NCBI GenBank assembly: GCA_963664305.2
Contig: CAXXLV010000002.1
Span: forward strand, 704,001-768,000
Length of the DNA stretch: 64,000 nucleotides
Direction of reading: 5' to 3'
From: an uncultured Aliarcobacter sp.
GTDB taxonomy: Bacteria > Campylobacterota > Campylobacteria > Campylobacterales > Arcobacteraceae
Under the pieces are notes generated by a model that had not been told where the DNA came from, searched no databases, and saw nothing but the letters and a program-made list of their open reading frames with translations. The translations under genes were made by a program, and so were the position numbers. Below are positions 1 through 8,949 of this stretch, one piece after another (position 1 is the stretch's first letter; each line of letters starts with the position of its first letter).

Positions 1-915
1 TCCTACTATTGCTTTTGGTTTTACAGCAATTACTTCTTCTGGAAAAAGTTCAGGTGTTGGATTTGCTAAAGTAAATACAATTGGTTCTTCACTCATAAGT
101 TTTATATGTTCAACAGTAAATGTTCCTGGTCTTGATAAACCTAAAACCATATCTGCATCTTGAAATGCCTCTTCCATTGTAGTTATATCAGTTTGTGTAA
201 TAAAATCTTTTTTATATTTATTTAAATCAGTTCTTCCTTTGTGTATTACACCTTTTGAATCGCACATAATTAAATTTTTAACTCCAAGTTCTTTATACAT
301 AGTTGAACATGCAATTGCTGAGGCCCCTGCTCCCACAACAACTATTTTCATATCTTCAACATTTCTTCCCATCATAGAAGCTGCATTCATAAGTGCAGCA
401 CTTGTAATAATAGCAGTACCATGTTGGTCATCATGCATAACTGGAATATTTAACTCTTCAACTAATCTTCTTTCAATTTCAAAACATTCAGGTGCTTTTA
501 TATCTTCTAAATTAATTCCCCCAAATGTTGGTGCAATAGCTTTAACAACGTCACAAAATTTATCAATATCAGTTTCATCAACTTCTATATCAAAAGAATC
601 TACTGCAGCAAATTTTTTGAATAACACAGATTTACCTTCCATTACAGGTTTTGAAGCTAATGCTCCTATATCACCAAGTCCAAGAACTGCTGTTCCATTT
701 GAAATAACTGCAACAAGATTTCTCTTTGATGTATATTCAAAAGCTAATTCTGGATTTTTTTGTATCTCTTCACAAGGATATGCAACACCTGGTGAATATG
801 CTAGTGATAAATCTTTTTGAGTTTCTAATCTAGTTGTAGTTGATATTGCAACTTTCCCAGGATTTGGAACTCTATGATATTCTAATGCCTCTTCTTTTGT
901 AACTTTCGTACTCAT
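1..915 (-). CDS. maeB: NADP-dependent malic enzyme (5' part; runs off the window edge)
   Basis: Not in the ORF track. Read manually from ATG at 915: MSTKVTKEEALEYHRVPNPGKVAISTTTRLETQKDLSLAYSPGVAYPC..., later SNGTAVLGLG, KPVMEGK, NLEDI, HDDQHGTA, GAGASA. Confidence 0.92.
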   Translation of the reverse strand, partial: MSTKVTKEEALEYHRVPNPGKVAISTTTRLETQKDLSLAYSPGVAYPCEEIQKNPELAFEYTSKRNLVAVISNGTAVLGLGDIGALASKPVMEGKSVLFKKFAAVDSFDIEVDETDIDKFCDVVKAIAPTFGGINLEDIKAPECFEIERRLVEELNIPVMHDDQHGTAIITSAALMNAASMMGRNVEDMKIVVVGAGASAIACSTMYKELGVKNLIMCDSKGVIHKGRTDLNKYKKDFITQTDITTMEEAFQDADMVLGLSRPGTFTVEHIKLMSEEPIVFTLANPTPELFPEEVIAVKPKAIVG

Positions 916-1053
916 TTTGTTTCCCTTTTTATAAACTGATTCATTATTAAATCACAAAATAGTAACAAAATGAAACTTAAATAAGAAGATTTTTTATGAA
1001 TACAAATTCATTTAAGTTTATTTTAGAGAGTTATGTAAAAATTGTGTAAGTTT

Positions 1054-1731
1054 TTAGTTGTCATTTATACTTATTATTCCTGCAAATCTTCCTGTTTTTG
1101 GATTTTTTCGAAACGAAAAATATGGTTCATTTGAACACTTTGTACAAATATCTGAAATCTCTATATTTATTATTCCTAAATCTTCTAAAAGTTTTTTATT
1201 TATTCCTTGTAAATTTATATTTTTTCCTATACAAAACTCTTTTCCAAATGAAGTTTCTACTATTTTTAAAAGTTCATCATTTACTTCATAACAACATTTT
1301 TGAATAGATGGTCCCATTATCACTTTTATATCTTCTGGTTTACAAGAAAAATTTTCTATCATTTTTTTTGCTGTAATTTCTGCAATTCTTAAAAAAGTTG
1401 AATTTCTTCCGGCATGAACAGCTGCAATAACGTATTTTTTTTCATCATAAAATAAAATTGGAATACAATCAGCAACCATAACCATCAATGGAAGATTTTT
1501 TGTATTTGTGATTAAACCATCACAATTATCTATATATTTTGGTGAACTATCATCTACAATTTCTACATTATTTCCATGAACTTGATTCATATAAACTAAA
1601 TCTTCATTTTTAAACCCAAGCTTTAATGCTAGATTTTGTCTATTTTTATCCACATTTTCTTTTATATCACCAACATGATATGCTAAATTCCCATCATCTA
1701 TTGTTGTAAAGTTTATTAATACTTTGCTCAT
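1054..1731 (-). CDS. pgeF: Peptidoglycan editing factor PgeF / YfiH-family purine nucleoside phosphorylase
   Basis: Motifs QVHG, ADCIP, HAG, GPSI..CCYEV, CTKC, FSFR. Confidence 0.9.
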   Translation of the reverse strand: MSKVLINFTTIDDGNLAYHVGDIKENVDKNRQNLALKLGFKNEDLVYMNQVHGNNVEIVDDSSPKYIDNCDGLITNTKNLPLMVMVADCIPILFYDEKKYVIAAVHAGRNSTFLRIAEITAKKMIENFSCKPEDIKVIMGPSIQKCCYEVNDELLKIVETSFGKEFCIGKNINLQGINKKLLEDLGIINIEISDICTKCSNEPYFSFRKNPKTGRFAGIISINDN

Positions 1732-1791
1732 TTTTTCTTCTTTTTATTTGCTTTTGATATAATTTATCAAAAATTTGATTAAGGATAAGAT

Positions 1792-2400
1792 TTGAACAGA
1801 TTTGATGAAGCTGCAAAAACTTGGGATAACAAACAAACAAGTATAGATAGTTCAAATGCTTGTGTTGAAAATTTAAAAAAACATATAAAACTAAAAGATG
1901 ATTCAAATATCTTAGATTATGGTTGTGGAACTGGATTTATCGCATTTGCTTTAAGTAATGATACAAATAATATTTTAGGGATGGATAATTCTGCTGGAAT
2001 GGTTGATAGATTTAATGAAAAGGTAAAAGAATTAAATTTTTCAAATTTAAAAGCTGTAAAACATAATATAAATGAAGAAGATTTACCTAAAAATGAGTTT
2101 GATTTATTTATTACTTCAATGACAATGCACCATATAAAAGATACTAAAATGTTTGCAAAAAAAGCTTATGAAAGCTTAAAAGATGGTGGAATTGTTTGCA
2201 TAAATGATTTAGAAAAAGAAGATGGTACATTTCACGCAAAACATAACAATGATGGTGTAGAACACTTTGGATATGAAAAAGAAGAAGTATCTAAAATCTT
2301 TGAAGAAATTGGTTTTAAAATCATCTCATGTGATACAGTTTTTATACATGAAAGAAATGATAAAGAGTACCCTCTTTTTAACTTAATCGCACAAAAATAA
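1792..2400 (+). CDS. Class I SAM-dependent methyltransferase
   Basis: LDYGCGTG motif I; N-terminal FDEAAKTWD; MHH; TTG start after AAGGA. Confidence 0.88.
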   Translation: MNRFDEAAKTWDNKQTSIDSSNACVENLKKHIKLKDDSNILDYGCGTGFIAFALSNDTNNILGMDNSAGMVDRFNEKVKELNFSNLKAVKHNINEEDLPKNEFDLFITSMTMHHIKDTKMFAKKAYESLKDGGIVCINDLEKEDGTFHAKHNNDGVEHFGYEKEEVSKIFEEIGFKIISCDTVFIHERNDKEYPLFNLIAQK

Positions 2401-2408
2401 GGAAAATA

Positions 2409-3203
2409 ATGACAAAAAAATTTGTAATCTTTGGAAATCCAGTAGCTCACTCAAAATCTCCACAAATGCAAAATGCAGGATTAAAACATATAAATTTTGA
2501 TGGAGTTTATGAAAAACATCATTTAGAAGATGGAAGTACTATCAAAGAAGTATTTTTACAAAATGCCTATAGTGGTGCAAATATAACTGTACCTCACAAA
2601 GAGTTTGCATTTACAAACGCAGATGTTGTAAGAGGAATAGCAAAAGAGATTGAAGCTGTTAATACTTATGTTATCGAAGATGGAAAAGTTATAGCTTATA
2701 ACACTGATGCACCCGGATTTTTAAAAGCAATTGAGAGTTTTGGTGAAGTAAAAAATGTACTTTTATTAGGAGCAGGAGGAACTGCAAAAGCTATTAGTTT
2801 AGCTTTACAAGAAAAAGGTATAAAAGTAACTGTTTTAAATAGAAGTGAAGGGAAATTAGAGTTTTTTAAAAATCATCAAATTCCTTCTTTTTCTTGGGAA
2901 AATTTCAAACCTGAAACTTATGATTTAGTAGTTAATTCTACAAGTGCTGGACTAAAAGATGATTATTTACCTGCACCAAAAGAAATAATTGAACCTATAC
3001 TAAAAAATGCATCTTTTGCTTTTGATTGTGTTTATGGAAAAATCACACCATTTTTAGCTTTAGCAAAAGAAAATAGTTGTGAGATAAAAGATGGTGAAGA
3101 TATGCTTTTATACCAAGGTGTCTTAGCATTTGAATATTTCACTAATACAAAAGCTGATAATACATTAATTGAAGCAATGAGAAAAGGATTAAAAGGAGAA
3201 TAA
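2409..3203 (+). CDS. aroE: Shikimate dehydrogenase
   Basis: GNPVAHSKSP, NITVPHK, NTD, GAGG, NSTS, MLLYQG. Confidence 0.95.
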   Translation: MTKKFVIFGNPVAHSKSPQMQNAGLKHINFDGVYEKHHLEDGSTIKEVFLQNAYSGANITVPHKEFAFTNADVVRGIAKEIEAVNTYVIEDGKVIAYNTDAPGFLKAIESFGEVKNVLLLGAGGTAKAISLALQEKGIKVTVLNRSEGKLEFFKNHQIPSFSWENFKPETYDLVVNSTSAGLKDDYLPAPKEIIEPILKNASFAFDCVYGKITPFLALAKENSCEIKDGEDMLLYQGVLAFEYFTNTKADNTLIEAMRKGLKGE

Positions 3204-3214
3204 TTATTCTTCTT

Positions 3215-4009
3215 TTAATTGATTGTTATATAACCTTCTAAATATTTAACTGCTTTACCTAAAATTTTTACTTGTTCTTTTTCTACTTTACATTTTAAAA
3301 TACCACCACGAGTTGATGCTTGATATGCAATTAATTCATTTTTATTTAATCTTTCTGCCCATAAAGGTGCAGCTCCCGCATGCATAGAACCAGTTACAGG
3401 GTCTTCAACACCACCATTTGCAGGCCAAAAATATCTTGAAATAAAATCATATTTATTTGATTTAGAAGTTACAGTTACATCTAAAGGTCCTAATTTTTTT
3501 ATTTCATCTAAATTTACTTGTACATTATAAACATCTTCTTCGTTTTCATAAACTACAAAATATGTTTGTTGATTTACTAAAATATCATTAGATTTAATAG
3601 ATAAACCTTTTATTAGTTCTTCTGGAATATTATCAACCTTTTTAGGTTTTCTATTTGGAAATATCATTTCTATATTACTATCAGACAATTGACTAACTTT
3701 TAAACTTCCAACTGCATTTGCTAAAAAAGTAACTTCTTTTAAGAAATTATTTTCTTCAAATAAAACAAAAGCTGTTGCAAGAGTGGCATGTCCACAAAAA
3801 TCTATTTCAGTAATTGGAGAAAACCATCTTATTTCGTAAGTAAAATCATCACATTTTTTAGCAAATGCTGTTTCAGATAAATTATTTTCAATTGCTATTG
3901 ATTGCATTATATCTTCTGTTAACCATTCATCAAGAATTATAACTGCAGCAGGATTTCCTTTAAATTGTATTTCAGTAAATGCATCTATTTGATATATTTT
4001 TAATTGCAT
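3215..4009 (-). CDS. PhzF-family isomerase/epimerase
   Basis: DAF..GNPAAV, NLSETAF, CGHATLA, EDPVTGS. Confidence 0.92.
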   Translation of the reverse strand: MQLKIYQIDAFTEIQFKGNPAAVIILDEWLTEDIMQSIAIENNLSETAFAKKCDDFTYEIRWFSPITEIDFCGHATLATAFVLFEENNFLKEVTFLANAVGSLKVSQLSDSNIEMIFPNRKPKKVDNIPEELIKGLSIKSNDILVNQQTYFVVYENEEDVYNVQVNLDEIKKLGPLDVTVTSKSNKYDFISRYFWPANGGVEDPVTGSMHAGAAPLWAERLNKNELIAYQASTRGGILKCKVEKEQVKILGKAVKYLEGYITIN

Positions 4010-4162
4010 ATTTTTCCTTGATAATTATAAAAAAGTAAAATTAGGATATAAAAAAGATTCTAAAATATGAATAAATAATCATTTTTTTTTAATTTTGTAT
4101 TTAAAAATCATTAAATTTAAACTATAATTAGATTGCAACAAACATAAAAATAGAAGTTCAAA

Positions 4163-4336
4163 ATGAAAAAGATAACAAAGCTTTGTGGTACAAAGAAAAA
4201 TTATATCATCTTACCATTAGATGAAAAAATAAATTCAAATCAAATTTACTTTTGTAATAAATGTAAAAGGGAAACAAAAGAAAAAATTCTTTTATGTTAC
4301 CCAGAAATTAAAGAAGAAAAAGATTCAAATTCATAA
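4163..4336 (+). CDS. Small 57-aa Cys-containing protein (possible zinc ribbon)
   Basis: Manual translation MKKITKLCGTKKNYIILPLDEKINSNQIYFCNKCKRETKEKILLCYPEIKEEKDSNS; TATAAT near 4123; weak RBS; 3' end overlaps the convergent ORF. Confidence 0.5.
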   Translation: MKKITKLCGTKKNYIILPLDEKINSNQIYFCNKCKRETKEKILLCYPEIKEEKDSNS

Positions 4337-4743
4337 TTAAATTCTTCTTCAAAAATTTCATTCATACAAAATGTATATTTATATAAAGCATAAAACCAAG
4401 GTATAAATAAAATACCAAAGTATAAATAATCGCTATTTGAACTAAAAAAATAGTTTAGTTCAAAAAACAAATATCCTAAAGAATCAACCATTATTATTAA
4501 AAATAAAAAGACCCAAATATATTTAGAAAAATATCGTTTTTTATAAATATATCCTTTAATACTCAATATAGATATAAATGCTACAACTAAAAAGAAAAGA
4601 TCATAAATTCGTGAAAAAATATTTCCAAAAAAAAGTTTTTGCTCATTAACAAGTAAAAATCCTAATAAACATAATGAAGAAAATACTACAAACCAAAAAT
4701 AAATTTTCCAAAAAACAACTATTTTATTCATCAACTTTTCCAT
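4297..4743 (-). CDS. Hypothetical membrane protein (about 4 TM segments)
   Basis: Four hydrophobic stretches; preceded by a direct-repeat box and a TAGAAT -10. Start could be a few codons downstream. Confidence 0.65.
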   Translation of the reverse strand: MEKLMNKIVVFWKIYFWFVVFSSLCLLGFLLVNEQKLFFGNIFSRIYDLFFLVVAFISILSIKGYIYKKRYFSKYIWVFLFLIIMVDSLGYLFFELNYFFSSNSDYLYFGILFIPWFYALYKYTFCMNEIFEEEFNYEFESFSSLISG

Positions 4744-4763
4744 TCCTAATACTTAATTAAAAA

Positions 4764-4797
4764 ATTCTATCTAAAGCGCGTCACATATTCCGTCACA
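4764..4797 (-). promoter_or_regulatory. Direct-repeat operator TGTGACG-N5-TGTGACG, 9 nt spacer, -10 TAGAAT
   Basis: cgtcaca at 4779-4785 and 4791-4797; attcta at 4764-4769. Confidence 0.75.
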
Positions 4798-4806
4798 TTT
4801 TTTAAA

Positions 4807-5487
4807 TCAACAAATTCTACATCCAACATAAGGAATAGTTTCTATAAATTTATATTCTAATTTTGTTCTTAGTCTATAAATCAATGTTCTTAAAGTACTA
4901 TCTGAAATAATACTAGAGCCCCAAATTAAGCTTTCTAAATTATTAAAAGAGATAATTTGACCTTTTGATTCTAAAAGTATTTTTAAAAGTAATACTTCTT
5001 TTGAACCAAGATTTATTGGTAAAGATTTATAGTAAAGTTTATTTTCATCATTATTAAAATAATAATCTTCTCCAATATGAAGGAGATTATTATCATTAAA
5101 ATCTTCTTCAATATCTCTATTTTTATAAAGACCTAACATAATATTTGACTTTAATTCATCTCTTTTAAAAGGTTTTATCAAATAACTCACTGGTTTTGTT
5201 TGAATAGCTCTATTTATTGTCTCTTCATCAGAAAATGCAGTAAGAAAAATAATAGGAATATCATCAAAACTTTTTATTTTTTTTGCTGTTTCAATTCCAT
5301 CTTTACTTTTACCTAGATTTACATCCATTAAAATTAAATCAGGTTTATTCATCAATACACTATTAACTGCTCCTTGATAATCAAAAGCTGTATTAGTTAT
5401 CTCATAATCAAGTTTTTCTAATGTTCTTTTAATATCAAGAGCAACGATACTCTCATCTTCTACAATAAGTATTTTAGTTTTCTTCAT
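4807..5487 (-). CDS. OmpR-type response regulator (REC + winged helix), paralog 2
   Basis: LIVEDE, LMDVNL phospho-Asp, KPF, C-terminal STLRTLIYRLRTKL...G. Confidence 0.92.
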   Translation of the reverse strand: MKKTKILIVEDESIVALDIKRTLEKLDYEITNTAFDYQGAVNSVLMNKPDLILMDVNLGKSKDGIETAKKIKSFDDIPIIFLTAFSDEETINRAIQTKPVSYLIKPFKRDELKSNIMLGLYKNRDIEEDFNDNNLLHIGEDYYFNNDENKLYYKSLPINLGSKEVLLLKILLESKGQIISFNNLESLIWGSSIISDSTLRTLIYRLRTKLEYKFIETIPYVGCRIC

Positions 5488-5512
5488 AATTCCTACTTTT
5501 CATATTTAAAAA

Positions 5513-5546
5513 ATATTATCATTTTCATGTCACGATTCACGTCACA
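5513..5546 (-). promoter_or_regulatory. Direct-repeat operator TGTGACG-N5-CGTGACA, 9 nt spacer, -10 TAATAT
   Basis: tgtcacg at 5528-5534 and cgtcaca at 5540-5546; atatta at 5513-5518. Confidence 0.7.
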
Positions 5547-5549
5547 AAA

Positions 5550-6311
5550 TTATTCTTCTAAAAAAACTTTTTTAAAAAAATTTGATGCATTTGAAGGGTC
5601 ATAAGAAATTATTAGACAAGGTGTTTCTAAACTTCCATAAGATTCTAATTCTTTATATATTTCAACCCCACCTAGTTTTTTAAATAATTTCAAATGTTCT
5701 TGTCTTATTCCAGAAAGTGCAATATCAATATCATTATTCATAAATACGTTATATATCCCACACATTAAGTATTTAAACTCAAGATTTAGACCTTGACCTC
5801 TATTTTTTACAATATTTCTTGAGATTTCACCTATACAATTGTATTTATTTCTCATATCATCAAATGTAAATTTATTTTCAGAAGGAAGTTTGTTTTCTGA
5901 ATCAAAAATCAATCTTATTGTGGCTGACACTTCTTTATTATTTTTGTAATAAATAACTGCAGATGTTTTATCATAAATATCAAAATTTAATCCCTCTATC
6001 GTATCTGGAAATTCATCTTGATAATTAATTTCTGTAAAAACATCACTTCTTAGTTTAAAAACCTCTATTAACTCTTCTGCACTTTTTACTAAAGATAAAT
6101 TTTTATATTTATCTTCCCAAGATAATTTTCTATTAAAAGAAATTGTATCTTCTAAAATACTTTCTAAAAAAATCCTTTTTTGAAATATTTCTAAAGCATG
6201 TTTTTGTAATGAGATAAAAGAGTCAGGAAGATAAGCTTGTTTTGTTGAAATATCACTTTTGATAATTTCTTGAAGTTGATTTAGGGAAATGTTTTTATTT
6301 ATGTAAGCCAT
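5550..6311 (-). CDS. LuxI/FeeM-fold acyltransferase (N-acyl amino acid / autoinducer synthase-like)
   Basis: FKLRSDVF, FDIYD, ATIRL, GEISR match the conserved R/F, D/D, R and E-S-R pattern of acyl-ACP-dependent N-acyl synthases; about 70-aa N-terminal extension. Confidence 0.72.
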   Translation of the reverse strand: MAYINKNISLNQLQEIIKSDISTKQAYLPDSFISLQKHALEIFQKRIFLESILEDTISFNRKLSWEDKYKNLSLVKSAEELIEVFKLRSDVFTEINYQDEFPDTIEGLNFDIYDKTSAVIYYKNNKEVSATIRLIFDSENKLPSENKFTFDDMRNKYNCIGEISRNIVKNRGQGLNLEFKYLMCGIYNVFMNNDIDIALSGIRQEHLKLFKKLGGVEIYKELESYGSLETPCLIISYDPSNASNFFKKVFLEE

Positions 6312-6335
6312 TTGTTTGTCCTTTTTTTAGGACAA

Positions 6336-6369
6336 ACTTTATTAGAGAAACGTCACAGTTAGCGTCACA
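6336..6369 (-). promoter_or_regulatory. Direct-repeat operator TGTGACG-N5-TGTGACG, 9 nt spacer, -10 TAAAGT
   Basis: cgtcaca at 6351-6357 and 6363-6369; acttta at 6336-6341. Confidence 0.75.
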
Positions 6370-6380
6370 AAATGGGCTTT

Positions 6381-7073
6381 CTATGGACTTTTTGAGATTT
6401 TACATCCAATGCTTGAAATGGTTTCAATTATCTTATAATTTAGTTTTGTTCTTAGTCTATAAATTAAAGTTCGTAATGTACTATCACTAATTGGTGCATC
6501 TGGCCAGAGTATATATTCTAAATATTTAAAAGAGACTATATTACCTTTTGCCTCAACCAAAATAGTAAGCAATTTTTTCTCTTTTAGACTTAATTTTATA
6601 GGTTCAGATTTAAAAAAAAGAATTTCATTTTCTAAATCATAAAAATAATCAAAACCTAGTTTTTCATAAGAATTGTTATTATCAAAAGTTTGTGTTTTTA
6701 ATTTGTAAATACTTAATAGTAGTGTTGATTTAATATCTTCTTTTTTAAAAGGCTTTAAAATATAACCCAAAGGATTTGTTCTAATTGCTCGCTGAATAGT
6801 TTCTTCATCACTATATGCTGTTAGATAAACTACCGGTATAAACTTTTCTTTTTGTATCTCTTCAATAATATTTATTCCATCTTTTTCTTTTCCAAGGTTT
6901 ATATCTGAAAAAATAAGTTGAGGGGAATTATTTTTTACACTTTTTATTGCATCTTCAAAACTTGATACAATATCTACTACATCATGACCTAAATTATTAA
7001 TAATTCTTTTTATATCCAAAGCAACTATTGCTTCATCTTCAATTATTAAAATTTTTACATTATTCATCTTCAT
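6381..7073 (-). CDS. OmpR-type response regulator (REC + winged helix), paralog 1, coupled to the kinase
   Basis: LIIEDE, FSDINL, KPF, SDSTLRTLIYRLRTKL; overlaps the kinase stop codon. Confidence 0.92.
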   Translation of the reverse strand: MKMNNVKILIIEDEAIVALDIKRIINNLGHDVVDIVSSFEDAIKSVKNNSPQLIFSDINLGKEKDGINIIEEIQKEKFIPVVYLTAYSDEETIQRAIRTNPLGYILKPFKKEDIKSTLLLSIYKLKTQTFDNNNSYEKLGFDYFYDLENEILFFKSEPIKLSLKEKKLLTILVEAKGNIVSFKYLEYILWPDAPISDSTLRTLIYRLRTKLNYKIIETISSIGCKISKSP

Positions 7074-8901
7074 TCCACAAAATAGTCGTTGTTACACCAT
7101 TTTTAGAATTTATATCTATTTCACCTTTTAATTGACTAACTGCTAGAGTTTTTACCAAAGTAAAACCTAATGAAAAATTAACTTTTGATTCATCAAATCC
7201 TATTCCATCGTCTTTAATTGTTAATTTAATGTTTTCATTCTCTTTTTCTAAAGTTATAAAAATATTTCCTTTTTTATCTGGAAATGCATATTTAAATGAA
7301 TTTGTAATAAGTTCATTTATTATAAGTCCACAATAAATTGATTGTTCCATTTTTAGTTTTGTTTTTATATCCAAATGAATCTCTATAAAACTATCATAAC
7401 TTTCTCTTACTTCATCGATTAAAACTTCAAAATATTCATAAACATCAATATAATTTATATCATCTTGTTTATATAAAAGTTCGTGTAAATGACCCATTGC
7501 ACTAATTCGATTTTGAATAGTTAATAAAATATCTTTTAATTTTTCATTTTCTATTTCATCACTTTGAAGTCTAATCAAAGATACAATTGTTTGCATATTA
7601 TTTTTAACTCTATGATTTAACTCTTTTAGTAATAGTTCTTTTTCATCAAGTGCATTTTTTAAATCTTTTGTTCTTAAATTAACTTCATTTGATAGTCTTT
7701 TAGTTTCATTCTCTTTTTGAATAATCAATTTTTGATTAGCTTCATTTTTTTCTTTTTGAAGATTTGTTATTTTATTTGCTAAAGCTATTGAGAAAATTAT
7801 TGCTTCAATTACAAAAGATGCTTCAATTAAATAAGGAAAATATTTTTTTATATCAAATATTCCAGCACTTGATAAATACATCAAAAATCCAGAAGATAGG
7901 AAAATAATCCAAGCAAACAAAATAAAATATGCTTGTTTATTCTTTTTTAGAGTTGCATAAAGTGTAATTATCATTAAAAAAATCAAAAATAACATTGTAA
8001 AAGTATTTCTATATTTATCGTAATCATCAGTTACTAAAAAGAATATTATTGAAATTGGAATGAGAATTAAAAAACCATTTAAAACCATATTAAATTTTTT
8101 ATACTGTTTTGTTTGTAAAAAACTTTTTGTAAATAATCCTAAAGCATAAACAGGAATAGCAACTATAACAGAAGCAAAACTAACTATAGTAATTTTTTGT
8201 TCATAATTTAAAAAATAAACATTTGCAACACCTGTATACATCAAATGATGAATAATTAAACCTAGTATGTATATTACATAATATAAATAACTAATATCTC
8301 TTGTAAATAAGTAGATAAAAAAGTTATAAATCCCTAGAATAAACATTGCTCCAAAAAACAGAGAAAGAATTATTTGATGTTTTATCTCTTTTTTATAAAA
8401 ACTTTCTTCATCAAGAAGTTTTAAATCAATTATTAAAGTTGTTATAAATGATGATGCTTTTATAAAATAAGTATTTTCTTCATTTGGATTTAATTCAATA
8501 ACTAAAATTGGATTTATTACATAGTTATTAATATCTTCTGATAAAAGACCATCTTTTTGAGTGTAATTTTTATTTAAATCATAAAAATCTACATTTGTTG
8601 TAAGGGGATTGTTGTATTCAATTATTTTTTTTATGGCTTTGTTGGAATTATTCTTTAATTTAAATCTAATCCAAACATGAAAATTTGGAGAATAACCATA
8701 AGATAAAATATTTTTATCATTTTTTTCAAATTTTATATTTTGATTTTCTATATCTTTCAAAGTAAGATTTTTATTTTTATCTATATAAATTTCACTTTGA
8801 GAAAGGATATCTATTGTATTTGTATCTTCATTTATATTTATAACATTTGCAAAAATATTTGAAGACAAAAGCAATAAAAAGATTATTTTTAAATAGAACA
8901 T
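7060..8901 (-). CDS. 7TM-DISM sensor histidine kinase (HisKA_2 type)
   Basis: Signal peptide; extracellular DISMED2-like domain (YGYS..VWIRF); 7 TM; KELNHRVKNN H-box; NELITN; DDGIGF. Confidence 0.9.
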   Translation of the reverse strand: MFYLKIIFLLLLSSNIFANVININEDTNTIDILSQSEIYIDKNKNLTLKDIENQNIKFEKNDKNILSYGYSPNFHVWIRFKLKNNSNKAIKKIIEYNNPLTTNVDFYDLNKNYTQKDGLLSEDINNYVINPILVIELNPNEENTYFIKASSFITTLIIDLKLLDEESFYKKEIKHQIILSLFFGAMFILGIYNFFIYLFTRDISYLYYVIYILGLIIHHLMYTGVANVYFLNYEQKITIVSFASVIVAIPVYALGLFTKSFLQTKQYKKFNMVLNGFLILIPISIIFFLVTDDYDKYRNTFTMLFLIFLMIITLYATLKKNKQAYFILFAWIIFLSSGFLMYLSSAGIFDIKKYFPYLIEASFVIEAIIFSIALANKITNLQKEKNEANQKLIIQKENETKRLSNEVNLRTKDLKNALDEKELLLKELNHRVKNNMQTIVSLIRLQSDEIENEKLKDILLTIQNRISAMGHLHELLYKQDDINYIDVYEYFEVLIDEVRESYDSFIEIHLDIKTKLKMEQSIYCGLIINELITNSFKYAFPDKKGNIFITLEKENENIKLTIKDDGIGFDESKVNFSLGFTLVKTLAVSQLKGEIDINSKNGVTTTILWNEDE

Positions 8902-8949
8902 ATTAAATCCAGAATTTTAATCAGTTATTATACAAAATAACTACTCAAA

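Noticed and set aside
549..555. Single CGTCACA heptamer
   Set aside because: Half-site only, inside a coding sequence, with no partner repeat
239..820. 193-aa + strand ORF
   Set aside because: Antisense shadow of the malic enzyme gene on the minus strand
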